A DNA stretch of 64,000 nt from Candidatus Aminicenantes bacterium (GTDB taxonomy: Bacteria > Acidobacteriota > Aminicenantia > Aminicenantales > Aminicenantaceae), in NCBI GenBank assembly GCA_014727835.1, contig WJMT01000102.1:660-64659 (forward strand), read 5' to 3'. This document shows positions 26,380 through 35,571 of the stretch, in pieces. The notes under the pieces were generated by a model. That model saw only the letters and a list, made by a program, of their open reading frames with translations. It made no database searches and was not told where the DNA came from. Position 1 is the stretch's first letter, and every line of letters begins with the position of its first letter. The translations under genes and the position numbers were made by a program.

Positions 26380-26564
26380 TGAAAGCCTCCGGTCTTTGTT
26401 TTCTCAACCTGGATTATATCAAAAAATCGGCTAAAAAAAACAAGGATTATTAGTCATGTAGAAACACCAATGGTTGGCTTGTCTGGATCATTGAAATCAT
26501 ACCATTCCCTATGTAGACTTTTTTTCTCTATCCATATATGATTAAAAATCATGGGAGGAAAGTG

Positions 26565-27785
26565 ATGACATTAAAGAAAACATTTGCTGTTTTCGTCGCA
26601 TTGACAATCTGTACAGGGGTCTTGATTGCACAACAAACAGACCAAACACTGCGGCTTGAGATTGGGAATCCATTGTATAAAAACAAAACGATGATGATAG
26701 AATCCGGGAAGATATATTCTGCCCGAAAAGGAAAAGCAGTGACCTTTGATGAAATGATCGAGGAGATGGCCAACGCCCGGTTTGTTTATGTGGGAGAGAC
26801 TCACAACAGCCTGCCCATGCACGACACTCAGTTTCAAATTGCAGAAGCTCTGTATATGCAGGATAGAAACTTCAGCATGGGGCTGGAGATGTTTGATGTC
26901 AATTGGCAGGAGAAACTCAACCAATGGAGTCATGGACTTCTGTCTCGTGATGAATTCATAGACCAGGCCAAATGGTATGAAAACTGGAATTTCAACTTCA
27001 ATTTTTACCAGAAAATTTTTGAGCTGGCAAAAAAATACCATATTCCTTTATATGCACTGAATGCTCCCAGAGAAATCATTCGTAAAATAAGGATGAGAGG
27101 ATGGGATGCCCTCAGTGATAAAGAGAAAACCATAGTCCCCAAACCTGACCTTTCCAACAAAGATCACCGATTTCTTATGGAGACCATATTTGGCGGGGCA
27201 GAGATGCCGGAGGCCATGAAAGGCCGTCAGCAAATCATGTTTGAAGGGCTGTACAGAGCCCAGTCTGCATGGGATGAAGTGATGGCTTACAACACAGTCC
27301 AAGCAGCCCGGATTGAAAAAAGCAGGGTCCTGGTCCTGGCTGGTTCAGGTCATCTTCTGTACAACCTGGGGATCAACCGCCGGGTCAAGGAAAGGATATC
27401 TGCTCCATTGAAAACAGTCATCTGTATTGAAGTCCCAAAAGGAGAGCAAAGGATTCAAGTCTCCAGAAGTCTTGCGGATTTTATCTGGGGTCTTCCTTTT
27501 GAAGAAAAACCGGCTTTCCCCTCTTTTGGTATTGCTCTCAAGAAAGTTGAAGGTCTGGCCAATCCAGTGATCGAGCGGGATCCCATTTCAGGTGTTGCCC
27601 AAGGGCAGGACTTTAAGAAAGGGGATGTTATTCTCTATATTGACGGAAAACAATTTGCTTCCATCAACGACCTCAGAACGTATCTTTCTCGATTCAATTG
27701 GGGAGATGAGGTTTGTTTCAGAATGCTTCGGGGGGGAGTTGAGATCGAGACCACTTTGACCCTGGAACAGACAAATGTTCGATAG
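26565..27785 (+). CDS. ChaN-like (haem-binding/Tiki-superfamily, DUF399) protein with a C-terminal PDZ domain, secreted
   Basis: GGAGG precedes the ATG at 26565, followed by a signal peptide. FVYVGETHNSLPMH ... VLVLAGSGHLLYNLGI resembles the ChaN family. C-terminal PDZ-like segment GVAQGQDFKKGDVILYIDGKQFASINDL. Confidence 0.75.
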   Translation: MTLKKTFAVFVALTICTGVLIAQQTDQTLRLEIGNPLYKNKTMMIESGKIYSARKGKAVTFDEMIEEMANARFVYVGETHNSLPMHDTQFQIAEALYMQDRNFSMGLEMFDVNWQEKLNQWSHGLLSRDEFIDQAKWYENWNFNFNFYQKIFELAKKYHIPLYALNAPREIIRKIRMRGWDALSDKEKTIVPKPDLSNKDHRFLMETIFGGAEMPEAMKGRQQIMFEGLYRAQSAWDEVMAYNTVQAARIEKSRVLVLAGSGHLLYNLGINRRVKERISAPLKTVICIEVPKGEQRIQVSRSLADFIWGLPFEEKPAFPSFGIALKKVEGLANPVIERDPISGVAQGQDFKKGDVILYIDGKQFASINDLRTYLSRFNWGDEVCFRMLRGGVEIETTLTLEQTNVR

Positions 27786-27810
27786 CCCCTGTATCCATCA
27801 GGGCTTTCTT
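27784..27810 (+). terminator. possible Rho-independent terminator after the ChaN-PDZ gene
   Basis: Stem AGCCC(C)TG / CAGGGCT with loop TATCCAT, followed by TTCTT. It overlaps the stop codon. Confidence 0.4.
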
Positions 27811-27871
27811 GAATTAATTTGGTTAAATAGATAGAATAAACGGATGAAATTAGAGGAATACGGGAAAATTG

Positions 27872-28828
27872 ATGGATAGACATAAAGATTTTTATCAAAT
27901 TGAAAAAAACATCCAAAAACACAAACAAGAGATTGACCGCCTGGAGGAACAAGAACAGGTTGACAAAGAAAGAGTGGGGCAGCTCAGGGAAGCGATCGCA
28001 AAGGAGTGGGAAAAAATCAAACCCGGACTTCTTCCTATCCACTATGTACAGATCGCGCGTCATCCGGACAGACCCTATAGTCTGGATTATATTGAAGCCC
28101 TGACAGACGATTTTTTGGAATTTCACGGGGACAGACGATCAGGTGATGATCCGGCTATTGTGGCTGGTTTTGGATGTTATCGCGGGAAGACAGTTGCTGT
28201 CATCGGCCATCAAAAAGGACGGAAGACCAGAGAGAGAATCGCAAGAAATTTTGGCCAGCCCAATCCTGAAGGATTCCGTAAAGCCCTGAGAATCATGAAG
28301 CTGGCTGAAAAATTTGGGTGTCCTGTTATCACTCTTATTGACACACCAGGGGCTTATCCGGGCCTGGAAGCAGAAGAAAGAGGGCAGGCTGAAGCCATTG
28401 CGTTCAACTTAAAAGAGATTTCAAAACTGAAGGTCCCCATAATCAATGTGGTGATCGGAGAAGGAGGAAGCGGAGGAGCTTTGGGGATTGGAGTGGGAGA
28501 TGTGCTTTTGATGCTCGAGAATTCCTTTTACTCCGTCATATCACCGGAAGGATGTGCAGCCATTCTCTGGAAAGATCAGAGCGCGGTGCAGCAGGCCGCT
28601 GAAAATCTTAGGTTTTTGGCAGATGACCTCATGGAGTTTGGGGTGGCAGATAAAGTCATAAAGGAGCCGCCTGGAGGGGCGCATGTTGACAGGATGAGCG
28701 CATTCAGATACGTGGATATGGAATTGGGAAAAAAGCTTGAGAAGTTTGAAAAAATGTCTGTCGAGGAACGCCTTAATAAAAGATATGACAAATACCGAAA
28801 GATCGGCGTGTTTGGTGAAGAAGAATGA
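27872..28828 (+). CDS. accA: acetyl-CoA carboxylase carboxyltransferase alpha subunit
   Basis: [52 protein letters not shown]; length about 318 aa. Confidence 0.93.
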   Translation: MDRHKDFYQIEKNIQKHKQEIDRLEEQEQVDKERVGQLREAIAKEWEKIKPGLLPIHYVQIARHPDRPYSLDYIEALTDDFLEFHGDRRSGDDPAIVAGFGCYRGKTVAVIGHQKGRKTRERIARNFGQPNPEGFRKALRIMKLAEKFGCPVITLIDTPGAYPGLEAEERGQAEAIAFNLKEISKLKVPIINVVIGEGGSGGALGIGVGDVLLMLENSFYSVISPEGCAAILWKDQSAVQQAAENLRFLADDLMEFGVADKVIKEPPGGAHVDRMSAFRYVDMELGKKLEKFEKMSVEERLNKRYDKYRKIGVFGEEE

Positions 28829-30081
28829 CTGCCCGCAGTCCCAAAGACCTCTCTTCCATTAAAGGAACCCAGGATATCCTGCCAAAAATAGTGTGGAAAT
28901 GGCAGAAGGCCGAAGAGACCGCAAAGAAAATATTCGAACTCTATGGATATAAAGAAATCCGGACACCTGTTTTTGAGGCCACGGAACTGTTTGAAAAAGG
29001 GACCGGGGAGACCTCTGATATTGTGATCAAAGAGATGTACACCTTCACAGATAAAGCAGGGCGGTCTCTGACATTAAGACCTGAATACACTCCCTCTGTA
29101 GTCCGGTCCATTGTCGAAAACAGGCTGTATCTCAGACCTGAACTGATGAGGTATTATTTCATCGGTCCCATGTTTCGCTATGATAAACCCCAGAAAGGAA
29201 GGTACCGGCAGTTTCATCAAGCAGACATTGAAGTGTTTGGAGAGAAGGACCCGGAAGTGGACGCAGAGATTGTGGAGATGGCCCGCACACTGCTTTCCAA
29301 GCTGGGGATTCAGGACATAGACATTCTGGTAAACTCTGTAGGATGTCAAAAATGCCGTCCTTCTTATCATAAAAAACTGAAGCAAGCTGCCAAGACACAT
29401 AGAGAACATCTTTGTGAGGACTGTCAGAGAAAAATCAACACCAATCCTCTCCGTATTTTTGACTGCAAAAAAGATGAGTGCCGTTCTGCAGCAGCTGAAT
29501 TCCCAAAGATCACAGAGTTTTTGTGTCCTGAGTGCAAAAATCATTTTGACCGATTCTGCGAGCTGCTTGATTTTTACAGGATCCCATATCAGGTTGAGCC
29601 GAAATTAGTCCGGGGACTGGATTACTACACAAAGACCACATTTGAAGTCATCTCTTCAAAACTGGGTGCTCAGGATGCAATTTTAGGAGGGGGCCGATAT
29701 GATGACATGATGAAGGATTTTGGAGGCCCTGATATCTGCGGTATTGGATTTGCCATGGGCATGGAAAGGCTTGTTTCTGTTATGCCAGACAAGAAAGATT
29801 CGGAGAAGTTTCTGTATATAGTGCACATGGGAGAGAAGTCCAAAAAAGTGGCACTGGAGCTGGCAAAGTATTTTCGGGACAACGGAGTGGAATGTGTGCT
29901 GGAGTATAAAGAAAGAAAACTGAGAAAGCAAATGAGCCGGGCAGATAAGCTGAATGCGGCCTGGAGTTTGGTGGTAGGAGAGGAAGAGATCAAAAAAAAG
30001 AAATACCAGCTTAAAGATATGAAGACCGGAAACCAGATAGAAGTCACAAAACAAGAGGCACTGAAAAGGATGACTTCATAG
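28825..30081 (+). CDS. hisS: histidine--tRNA ligase
   Basis: Class II motifs [11 protein letters not shown] and GGGRYDDMM. Start overlaps the accA stop (ATGA). Confidence 0.95.
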   Translation: MTARSPKDLSSIKGTQDILPKIVWKWQKAEETAKKIFELYGYKEIRTPVFEATELFEKGTGETSDIVIKEMYTFTDKAGRSLTLRPEYTPSVVRSIVENRLYLRPELMRYYFIGPMFRYDKPQKGRYRQFHQADIEVFGEKDPEVDAEIVEMARTLLSKLGIQDIDILVNSVGCQKCRPSYHKKLKQAAKTHREHLCEDCQRKINTNPLRIFDCKKDECRSAAAEFPKITEFLCPECKNHFDRFCELLDFYRIPYQVEPKLVRGLDYYTKTTFEVISSKLGAQDAILGGGRYDDMMKDFGGPDICGIGFAMGMERLVSVMPDKKDSEKFLYIVHMGEKSKKVALELAKYFRDNGVECVLEYKERKLRKQMSRADKLNAAWSLVVGEEEIKKKKYQLKDMKTGNQIEVTKQEALKRMTS

Positions 30082-30117
30082 AGCAAGGACATCATTTTCC
30101 ATTGTACAGGAGAGAGA

Positions 30118-31911
30118 ATGGAATCCAATAAAACATTCAAAGACCGACGGACCCACTATTGCGGAGAGCTTCGCAGAAAGCATATCGGTGAAAAAGTCGT
30201 TTTGTTCGGATGGGTGAATAAGGTCAGGGATATCGGAAGCCTGGTTTTTATCGATTTGAGGGACAGGGAAGGCCTTGTTCAGGTGGTGGTATCCAAAGAG
30301 CAGAAACAACTCATCAAACAAGCCAAACAAATCCGAATGGAGAATGTGCTGGGAGTCAAAGGTGTGGTTCAATCGAGAAAAGAGGACATGAAAAATCCGG
30401 GACTGTCAACAGGAGACATCGAAGTCCAGGCTGATGAGATGACACTTTTCAGTGAGAGCGCGACACCTCCTTTTGTCATCTCTGATGACGTGAAAGCCAC
30501 TGAAGAGATGCGCCTCAAATACAGATATCTGGACCTGAGAAAGCCTTCAATGCAGAAAAACATCAAGCTCCGTCACAAAGCAGCGCTCAAGGTCCGAAAT
30601 TTCCTAGACCAAAAGGGCTTTTTTGAAATCGAAACACCCTTTTTAACCAAATCCACGCCTGAAGGGGCCAGGGATTATTTGGTGGCCAGCCGGGAGTACA
30701 AGGGCCGATTTTTTGCCCTTCCCCAGTCTCCACAGATTTTCAAACAGATCTTCATGATCTCCGGATTTGACCGGTATTTTCAAGTCGTCAGATGCTTTAG
30801 AGATGAAGACCTTCGAGCAGACCGGCAGCCTGAATTCACCCAGATCGATATGGAAATGAGTTTTGCTGAGCAGGAGGATGTGCTCTCCATCACAGAAGAG
30901 ATGATGGTCTCCCTATTTGAACTCATTGGAATCAAGCCAAAGCGTCCGTTTCCCCGGCTGACTTACAAGGAGAGCATGGAAAAATACGGAACGGACCGGC
31001 CGGACCTGAGAAACGAAATGGAGATCAAAGACCTGACAGATACGGGATCAAAGATCGATTCAAATATCATCAAAGCCGCTCTTGAGGCAGGAGGAGAACT
31101 CAAAGGACTGGTGGTCCCAAACAAAGGAGATCTGTCCCGGAGCCAGTTGGATAAAGCCGGTGAAAAAGCACGGAAAGCAGGGGCCAAAGGGATCATCTGG
31201 ATCAAAAAAGAAGACCGATTCAAGTCCCCCTTAAAACTCAAACTGGAAGATTTCGCTCACTTGTGGAAAGAATCAGGGGCCCAGCAAAAGGATTTGCTTC
31301 TCCTGATTGCGGATAAAAGCGAGACAGCCCTTCGGATTCTGGGAGAGCTGAGGATGGATTTTTATGATTCAAAGAAATCTGAAAACAGAGACATTGAATT
31401 TGTCTGGGTCACTGATTTTCCGCTTTTTGAATGGAGTGAGGATGAGAATAAACTGGTCTCTATGCACCATCCTTTCACTTCTCCGAGAAAAGAAGATTTA
31501 TCGAGGTTGGAAAAGGAACCCTTAAAGGTCAGGTCAAATGCCTATGATTTGGTGGTCAACGGAGTGGAATTGGGAGGAGGTTCCATCCGGATACAGGATA
31601 TGGAGACGCAGAAAAGGATTTTTAAAGTGCTTGATCTGGGCCAAGAAGAGATGAAGAAGAAATTCGGGTTTTTTTTAGAGGCATTGACCTATGGAACACC
31701 GCCCCACGGAGGGATCGCTCTGGGATTTGACCGGACAGTGATGATTTTAGCCGGAGAACAATCCATTCGGGATGTGATTCCTTTTCCCAAGACCACTAGC
31801 TCACTCTGCCTTATGACCGAGTCTCCTTCTGAAGTGGATTCTAAAAGAATTGACGAACTGGGGATTAAAATCATAGATAAATATAAAGGGAGGAATCATG
31901 ATGAAAAATAA
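30118..31911 (+). CDS. aspS: aspartate--tRNA ligase
   Basis: OB-fold N-terminus, FRDEDLRADRQPEFTQIDMEMSF, GGGSIRI, GIALGFDR. Confidence 0.95.
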   Translation: MESNKTFKDRRTHYCGELRRKHIGEKVVLFGWVNKVRDIGSLVFIDLRDREGLVQVVVSKEQKQLIKQAKQIRMENVLGVKGVVQSRKEDMKNPGLSTGDIEVQADEMTLFSESATPPFVISDDVKATEEMRLKYRYLDLRKPSMQKNIKLRHKAALKVRNFLDQKGFFEIETPFLTKSTPEGARDYLVASREYKGRFFALPQSPQIFKQIFMISGFDRYFQVVRCFRDEDLRADRQPEFTQIDMEMSFAEQEDVLSITEEMMVSLFELIGIKPKRPFPRLTYKESMEKYGTDRPDLRNEMEIKDLTDTGSKIDSNIIKAALEAGGELKGLVVPNKGDLSRSQLDKAGEKARKAGAKGIIWIKKEDRFKSPLKLKLEDFAHLWKESGAQQKDLLLLIADKSETALRILGELRMDFYDSKKSENRDIEFVWVTDFPLFEWSEDENKLVSMHHPFTSPRKEDLSRLEKEPLKVRSNAYDLVVNGVELGGGSIRIQDMETQKRIFKVLDLGQEEMKKKFGFFLEALTYGTPPHGGIALGFDRTVMILAGEQSIRDVIPFPKTTSSLCLMTESPSEVDSKRIDELGIKIIDKYKGRNHDEK

Positions 31912-33172
31912 AAATCTATCCACCAATCATTATCAAAAAGCTTTGCAATCCGGTCGACCGCCTAATATCCGAAAACTCTTTCCCCATTCCAAGGCTCTGA
32001 TCGTGAGCGGTAAATTCATTGACAGAGCCGTGCTCAAAAAGAGGAAGGCCATCTGCATGGCGGCCAATGGACGGAATCATTTTGTCATTCGTGGGGCTTT
32101 GCGGGCAGCCCAGAAAGCGAATTCCGTTATCATCATCGAGATTGCCAAATCTGAGGGCGGGGCAGACGCTTACTGTGCCGTCAATTACTGGAACATCGCC
32201 CGCCAGGTGGATGCCTTGTGCAATGAGATGAACATCACTGTACCGGTGGCCATTCATGCAGACCATTACACCATCAAAAAGAAAGAGGATATTGAACCGG
32301 CCCGCACAGAGATCCCCACTCTGTTTGAAGCCGGGATGACCTCCATTGCCATTGATGCATCTCACCTTGCAGAAGATGAAAACCTGTTGGCTAACCTGGA
32401 ACTCACCCCCTTAATCCCTGACTGGGCTGCACTGGAGACAGAAGTGGGTGAGATCAAAGGAAAAGAGGGCCTGTCTACAGAGGAAGAAGCTCTCTTCCAG
32501 ATCCAGGGGCTCAATGCCCACGGGATTTTCCCGGATTGGATCGCTCTCAATAACGGCACCACCCACGGGATCGAAAAAAGCGACAAAGGGATCCAGGTCG
32601 GGCTGACGTCCCGAATCCACAAGGCTGTTGAAAAATATCAGGTTTCTGGAGCCCAGCACGGGACTTCAGGAAACAGTTCTGAGAGACTGAGAAATATCGC
32701 CCAGAAAACCCGGACCACCAAAGCCAATGTGGCCACTGCGCTTCAGATGATATCCTGGGGCATTGAAGTGAATGACTACGGGAATGCCAGCCAGGATGAA
32801 GAGGGAAATTTCATTAAAGTCAAGGGACAAGGCGTTACAGAAGAGATGTGGGAGAAGATGAAAGCCTATGCTGATGAGAAAGGACTCAAAGGAGGAAATT
32901 ACAAAAAGCTGAACCGCCCCTTTGAGAACAAGCTTTTGGGACAGCCAAGAGAGATCAGAGAGCGGATGATACAAGGTGTGGAGGTTTTTGTCTACAACAT
33001 GCTGGTGAACGTGTTCAACGCCCAAGACACAGCGCCCATTGCCTTGGACATGATATTGGAAGCCGGATCATTCGACCCGGGGCCAAAGGTCGGGAAAATG
33101 GAAGACCCTCAGGAATGGACTCCTGAAAAAATCAGAGAAAAAGCCAAAGCATTTCCCAGAAGGAAGAGTTAA
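31898..33172 (+). CDS. class II (metal-dependent) fructose/ketose-bisphosphate aldolase family protein, long form
   Basis: PVAIHADH, IAIDASH..EN, ETEVGEIKG, NGTTHG and AQHGTSG align with class II FBA landmarks (HTDH, IDLS..EN, E.E.G, GNVHG, FHGGSG). GGGAGG SD. Overlaps the aspS end by 14 nt. Confidence 0.7.
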   Translation: MMKNKNLSTNHYQKALQSGRPPNIRKLFPHSKALIVSGKFIDRAVLKKRKAICMAANGRNHFVIRGALRAAQKANSVIIIEIAKSEGGADAYCAVNYWNIARQVDALCNEMNITVPVAIHADHYTIKKKEDIEPARTEIPTLFEAGMTSIAIDASHLAEDENLLANLELTPLIPDWAALETEVGEIKGKEGLSTEEEALFQIQGLNAHGIFPDWIALNNGTTHGIEKSDKGIQVGLTSRIHKAVEKYQVSGAQHGTSGNSSERLRNIAQKTRTTKANVATALQMISWGIEVNDYGNASQDEEGNFIKVKGQGVTEEMWEKMKAYADEKGLKGGNYKKLNRPFENKLLGQPREIRERMIQGVEVFVYNMLVNVFNAQDTAPIALDMILEAGSFDPGPKVGKMEDPQEWTPEKIREKAKAFPRRKS

Positions 33173-33266
33173 ACAGCATCCTTTCTCTCTTCTTCCGCAC
33201 TTTATGTTGACTTGGTCTTTTTTATGTATGACTGTTTACCATTGACAGCCATTCTATGAGTGAGAT

Positions 33267-33548
33267 ATGTTTTCTAGGTCCCTCAGCTTAAATTCCGGGG
33301 ACCTGAAAGTGCTCAAAGGAGAACTCTCTGTTCTCGGCTTTGCGTTTTCCGAGGAGGGGAACACAAAAGTTGGATCAGGTCCAGATATGACCATCATTAT
33401 CGATGTTATCGAGAAGAGACAAGGGAAAATAACTGGGATCAAAATGAGCTGCTGCCTTAACCAGCATGAAGAAAAAACTTTTGTGTTTGGCAAAAAATCC
33501 CGTCTGGTTCTGCACGCGGACAACACCGCCACCTGGACGTTTGAATAA
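33267..33548 (+). CDS. hypothetical small protein (93 aa), weak call
   Basis: Only protein-like ORF in a 452-nt gap between convergent genes. No SD, no recognisable family. The competing antisense ORF looks like junk. Confidence 0.3.
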   Translation: MFSRSLSLNSGDLKVLKGELSVLGFAFSEEGNTKVGSGPDMTIIIDVIEKRQGKITGIKMSCCLNQHEEKTFVFGKKSRLVLHADNTATWTFE

Positions 33549-33624
33549 GATCTTTTTTGTTTTCTCTATCATAACTTAATAGTCTTAGATAAAAGGGATG
33601 ATATTCATTGGGTGATTGATTTGA

Positions 33625-35556
33625 TTAAGGTTCCTCAAAGCGGGACACAATGGTCCTGTTTTGATGGTTGAGGATGTCTTTTCCTTCCGGAGAATACAAA
33701 AAATCGATCCTGTTTTTGTAAAACTCCGCGATCTTGCGCCGCACCATCTTTAAAGTGGAGTTGAGCATTTGGTTTTCTTCTGTAAACGGCTCTCCCAGAA
33801 CAGCCACTGCAGAGGGCAGCCATCTCTGGGGGAACATGCCTTCATGTTCACCGCCAGTGGTGAAAGCATTGATCTGTTCCTGGATCAGGTTCAGGACCGC
33901 TTGCTGTCCTTGTTCAGTTTTGGAGGACAAGTTTTGCTTGTTCAGCCAATTGAGTAAAGCTGGCTTATTGGGAACAATAAGGGCGACTGTGTAAGCACAT
34001 TGGTTGTTGTAGAGCATCATCTGGTCAATGAATTCGGAGTTGTCTGTGATGGCTTCCTCGATTCCTTCAGGGCTGTATTTTTCCGCATCGTTTCCGATCA
34101 ATAGGCTCTTTTTTCGTCCCAAAACATACAGGAAGCCGTCTTCATCCATGTAGCCCAAATCTCCGGTGTGAAGCCATCCGTCTTTTAGGACCTCTTGGGT
34201 GGCTTTTTCGTTTTTCCAGTAGCCGGCCATCACGTTTTCCCCTTTGACCGTGATCTCTCCCTTTTCTCCTGTGACAACCGGGCTATCACTGTCGTCTCTG
34301 ATTTCCAATTCAAGATTTTCAGCCACTCTACCTGAAGAACCGAGTTTGTGTGATTCCGGGCAGTTGGATGAGATCACTGGTGCGGCTTCTGTGAGGCCGT
34401 AACCCTGGAACATAGGAATCCCTATAGCATAGAAGAATTTTTGGAGTTCGATATCAAGCAAAGCTCCGCCCCCCACAAAAAATTCCAGTCTCCCTCCAAA
34501 GTTCTGCTGGATTTTTTCAAAAATGAGTTTGGAAAAGAGCAAAAGCAGAGGCTTTTTAACCTTTCGTTTGATTCCTTTGCCTCTGTTCCATCCTTTGGCG
34601 TTGTAGTCATAAGCTGTTTTCAATGCTTTGCGGAAAAGGGCTTCAGTCTTAGCACCTTTTTTCTTTATGGCGTTTTCAATATTGCGGCGGAAATTTTTAG
34701 CCAAAGCCGGTACACTCAGCATGATGGTGGGCCGGAGTTCTTGGATGTTTTTTGGAATGTTCTTGAGGGTTTCCAAGGCACTTTTCCCCATCTCCACAGA
34801 AGCCATGCTGGCGCCGTTTTTCATCATGGTGTAAATGCCGCAGGTATGAGCAAAGGCATGGTCCCACGGCAGGATGAGCAGTGTGACATACCAATCCGGA
34901 CAAGGAACCAGGGAATTCGATTGCTCGATATTGGAGGTGTAGTTTCTATGAGTCAGGAGGATTCCTTTGGGATCTGCAGTGGTCCCCGAGGTGTAGCAGA
35001 TATTGGCATAATCGGTTTCCTTTATGCTCTGCCATAGAGATTCAAAACCGGTTCTCCGGGATTCCAGATATTTTTTCCCCAGAGAGATCACCTCATCTTT
35101 ATAAATTTCTTCAGGTTCCCAGTGGTCCATCTGGTCAAGAACAATGATTTTTTCAAGGTCAGGGAGGTCTTTTTTGATATCCCGGATTTTTTTAGCTTGA
35201 GACTCTGAAACGGTGACCATTTTGCATCCGGAATGAGCCAGTCTGAATTTGAGGTCTGCCAGGGCATTGATTTTTACAGAAATGGGGACATTGACGGCTC
35301 CTGCAAACAGGATCCCCAGTTCACTCATCACCCAGTCGTTTCTCCCCTCTGAGATCAGAGCCACGCGGTCTCCTTTGTTCAATCCCAGACTGATCAAACC
35401 TGCAGAAAAATCATCCACCTGATTTTTCATCTCTGAATAGGTGGTGCCTTTATAGTGGTCCCCTTTTTTTTCCCACAGAAAGACGTTGGCTCCGAACTTC
35501 TGAACGCTGTTTCTAAACAGTCCCGGGAGTGTTCTCTGTTCCAATTCGAGTGTCAT
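33625..35556 (-). CDS. long-chain fatty acid--CoA ligase (AMP-forming)
   Basis: AMP-binding motifs YTSGTTADPKG, GYGLTE, TGDLGYMDEDGFLYVLGRKK. Confidence 0.9.
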   Translation of the reverse strand: MTLELEQRTLPGLFRNSVQKFGANVFLWEKKGDHYKGTTYSEMKNQVDDFSAGLISLGLNKGDRVALISEGRNDWVMSELGILFAGAVNVPISVKINALADLKFRLAHSGCKMVTVSESQAKKIRDIKKDLPDLEKIIVLDQMDHWEPEEIYKDEVISLGKKYLESRRTGFESLWQSIKETDYANICYTSGTTADPKGILLTHRNYTSNIEQSNSLVPCPDWYVTLLILPWDHAFAHTCGIYTMMKNGASMASVEMGKSALETLKNIPKNIQELRPTIMLSVPALAKNFRRNIENAIKKKGAKTEALFRKALKTAYDYNAKGWNRGKGIKRKVKKPLLLLFSKLIFEKIQQNFGGRLEFFVGGGALLDIELQKFFYAIGIPMFQGYGLTEAAPVISSNCPESHKLGSSGRVAENLELEIRDDSDSPVVTGEKGEITVKGENVMAGYWKNEKATQEVLKDGWLHTGDLGYMDEDGFLYVLGRKKSLLIGNDAEKYSPEGIEEAITDNSEFIDQMMLYNNQCAYTVALIVPNKPALLNWLNKQNLSSKTEQGQQAVLNLIQEQINAFTTGGEHEGMFPQRWLPSAVAVLGEPFTEENQMLNSTLKMVRRKIAEFYKNRIDFLYSPEGKDILNHQNRTIVSRFEEP

Positions 35557-35571
35557 TTCAATTTGCTGAGT

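Noticed and set aside
33254-33532. 92-aa minus-strand ORF in the aldolase/acyl-CoA-ligase spacer
   Set aside because: The translation (CRTRRDFLPNTKVFSSCWLRQQL...) looks non-protein-like. The overlapping plus-strand ORF is more plausible, though still weak.
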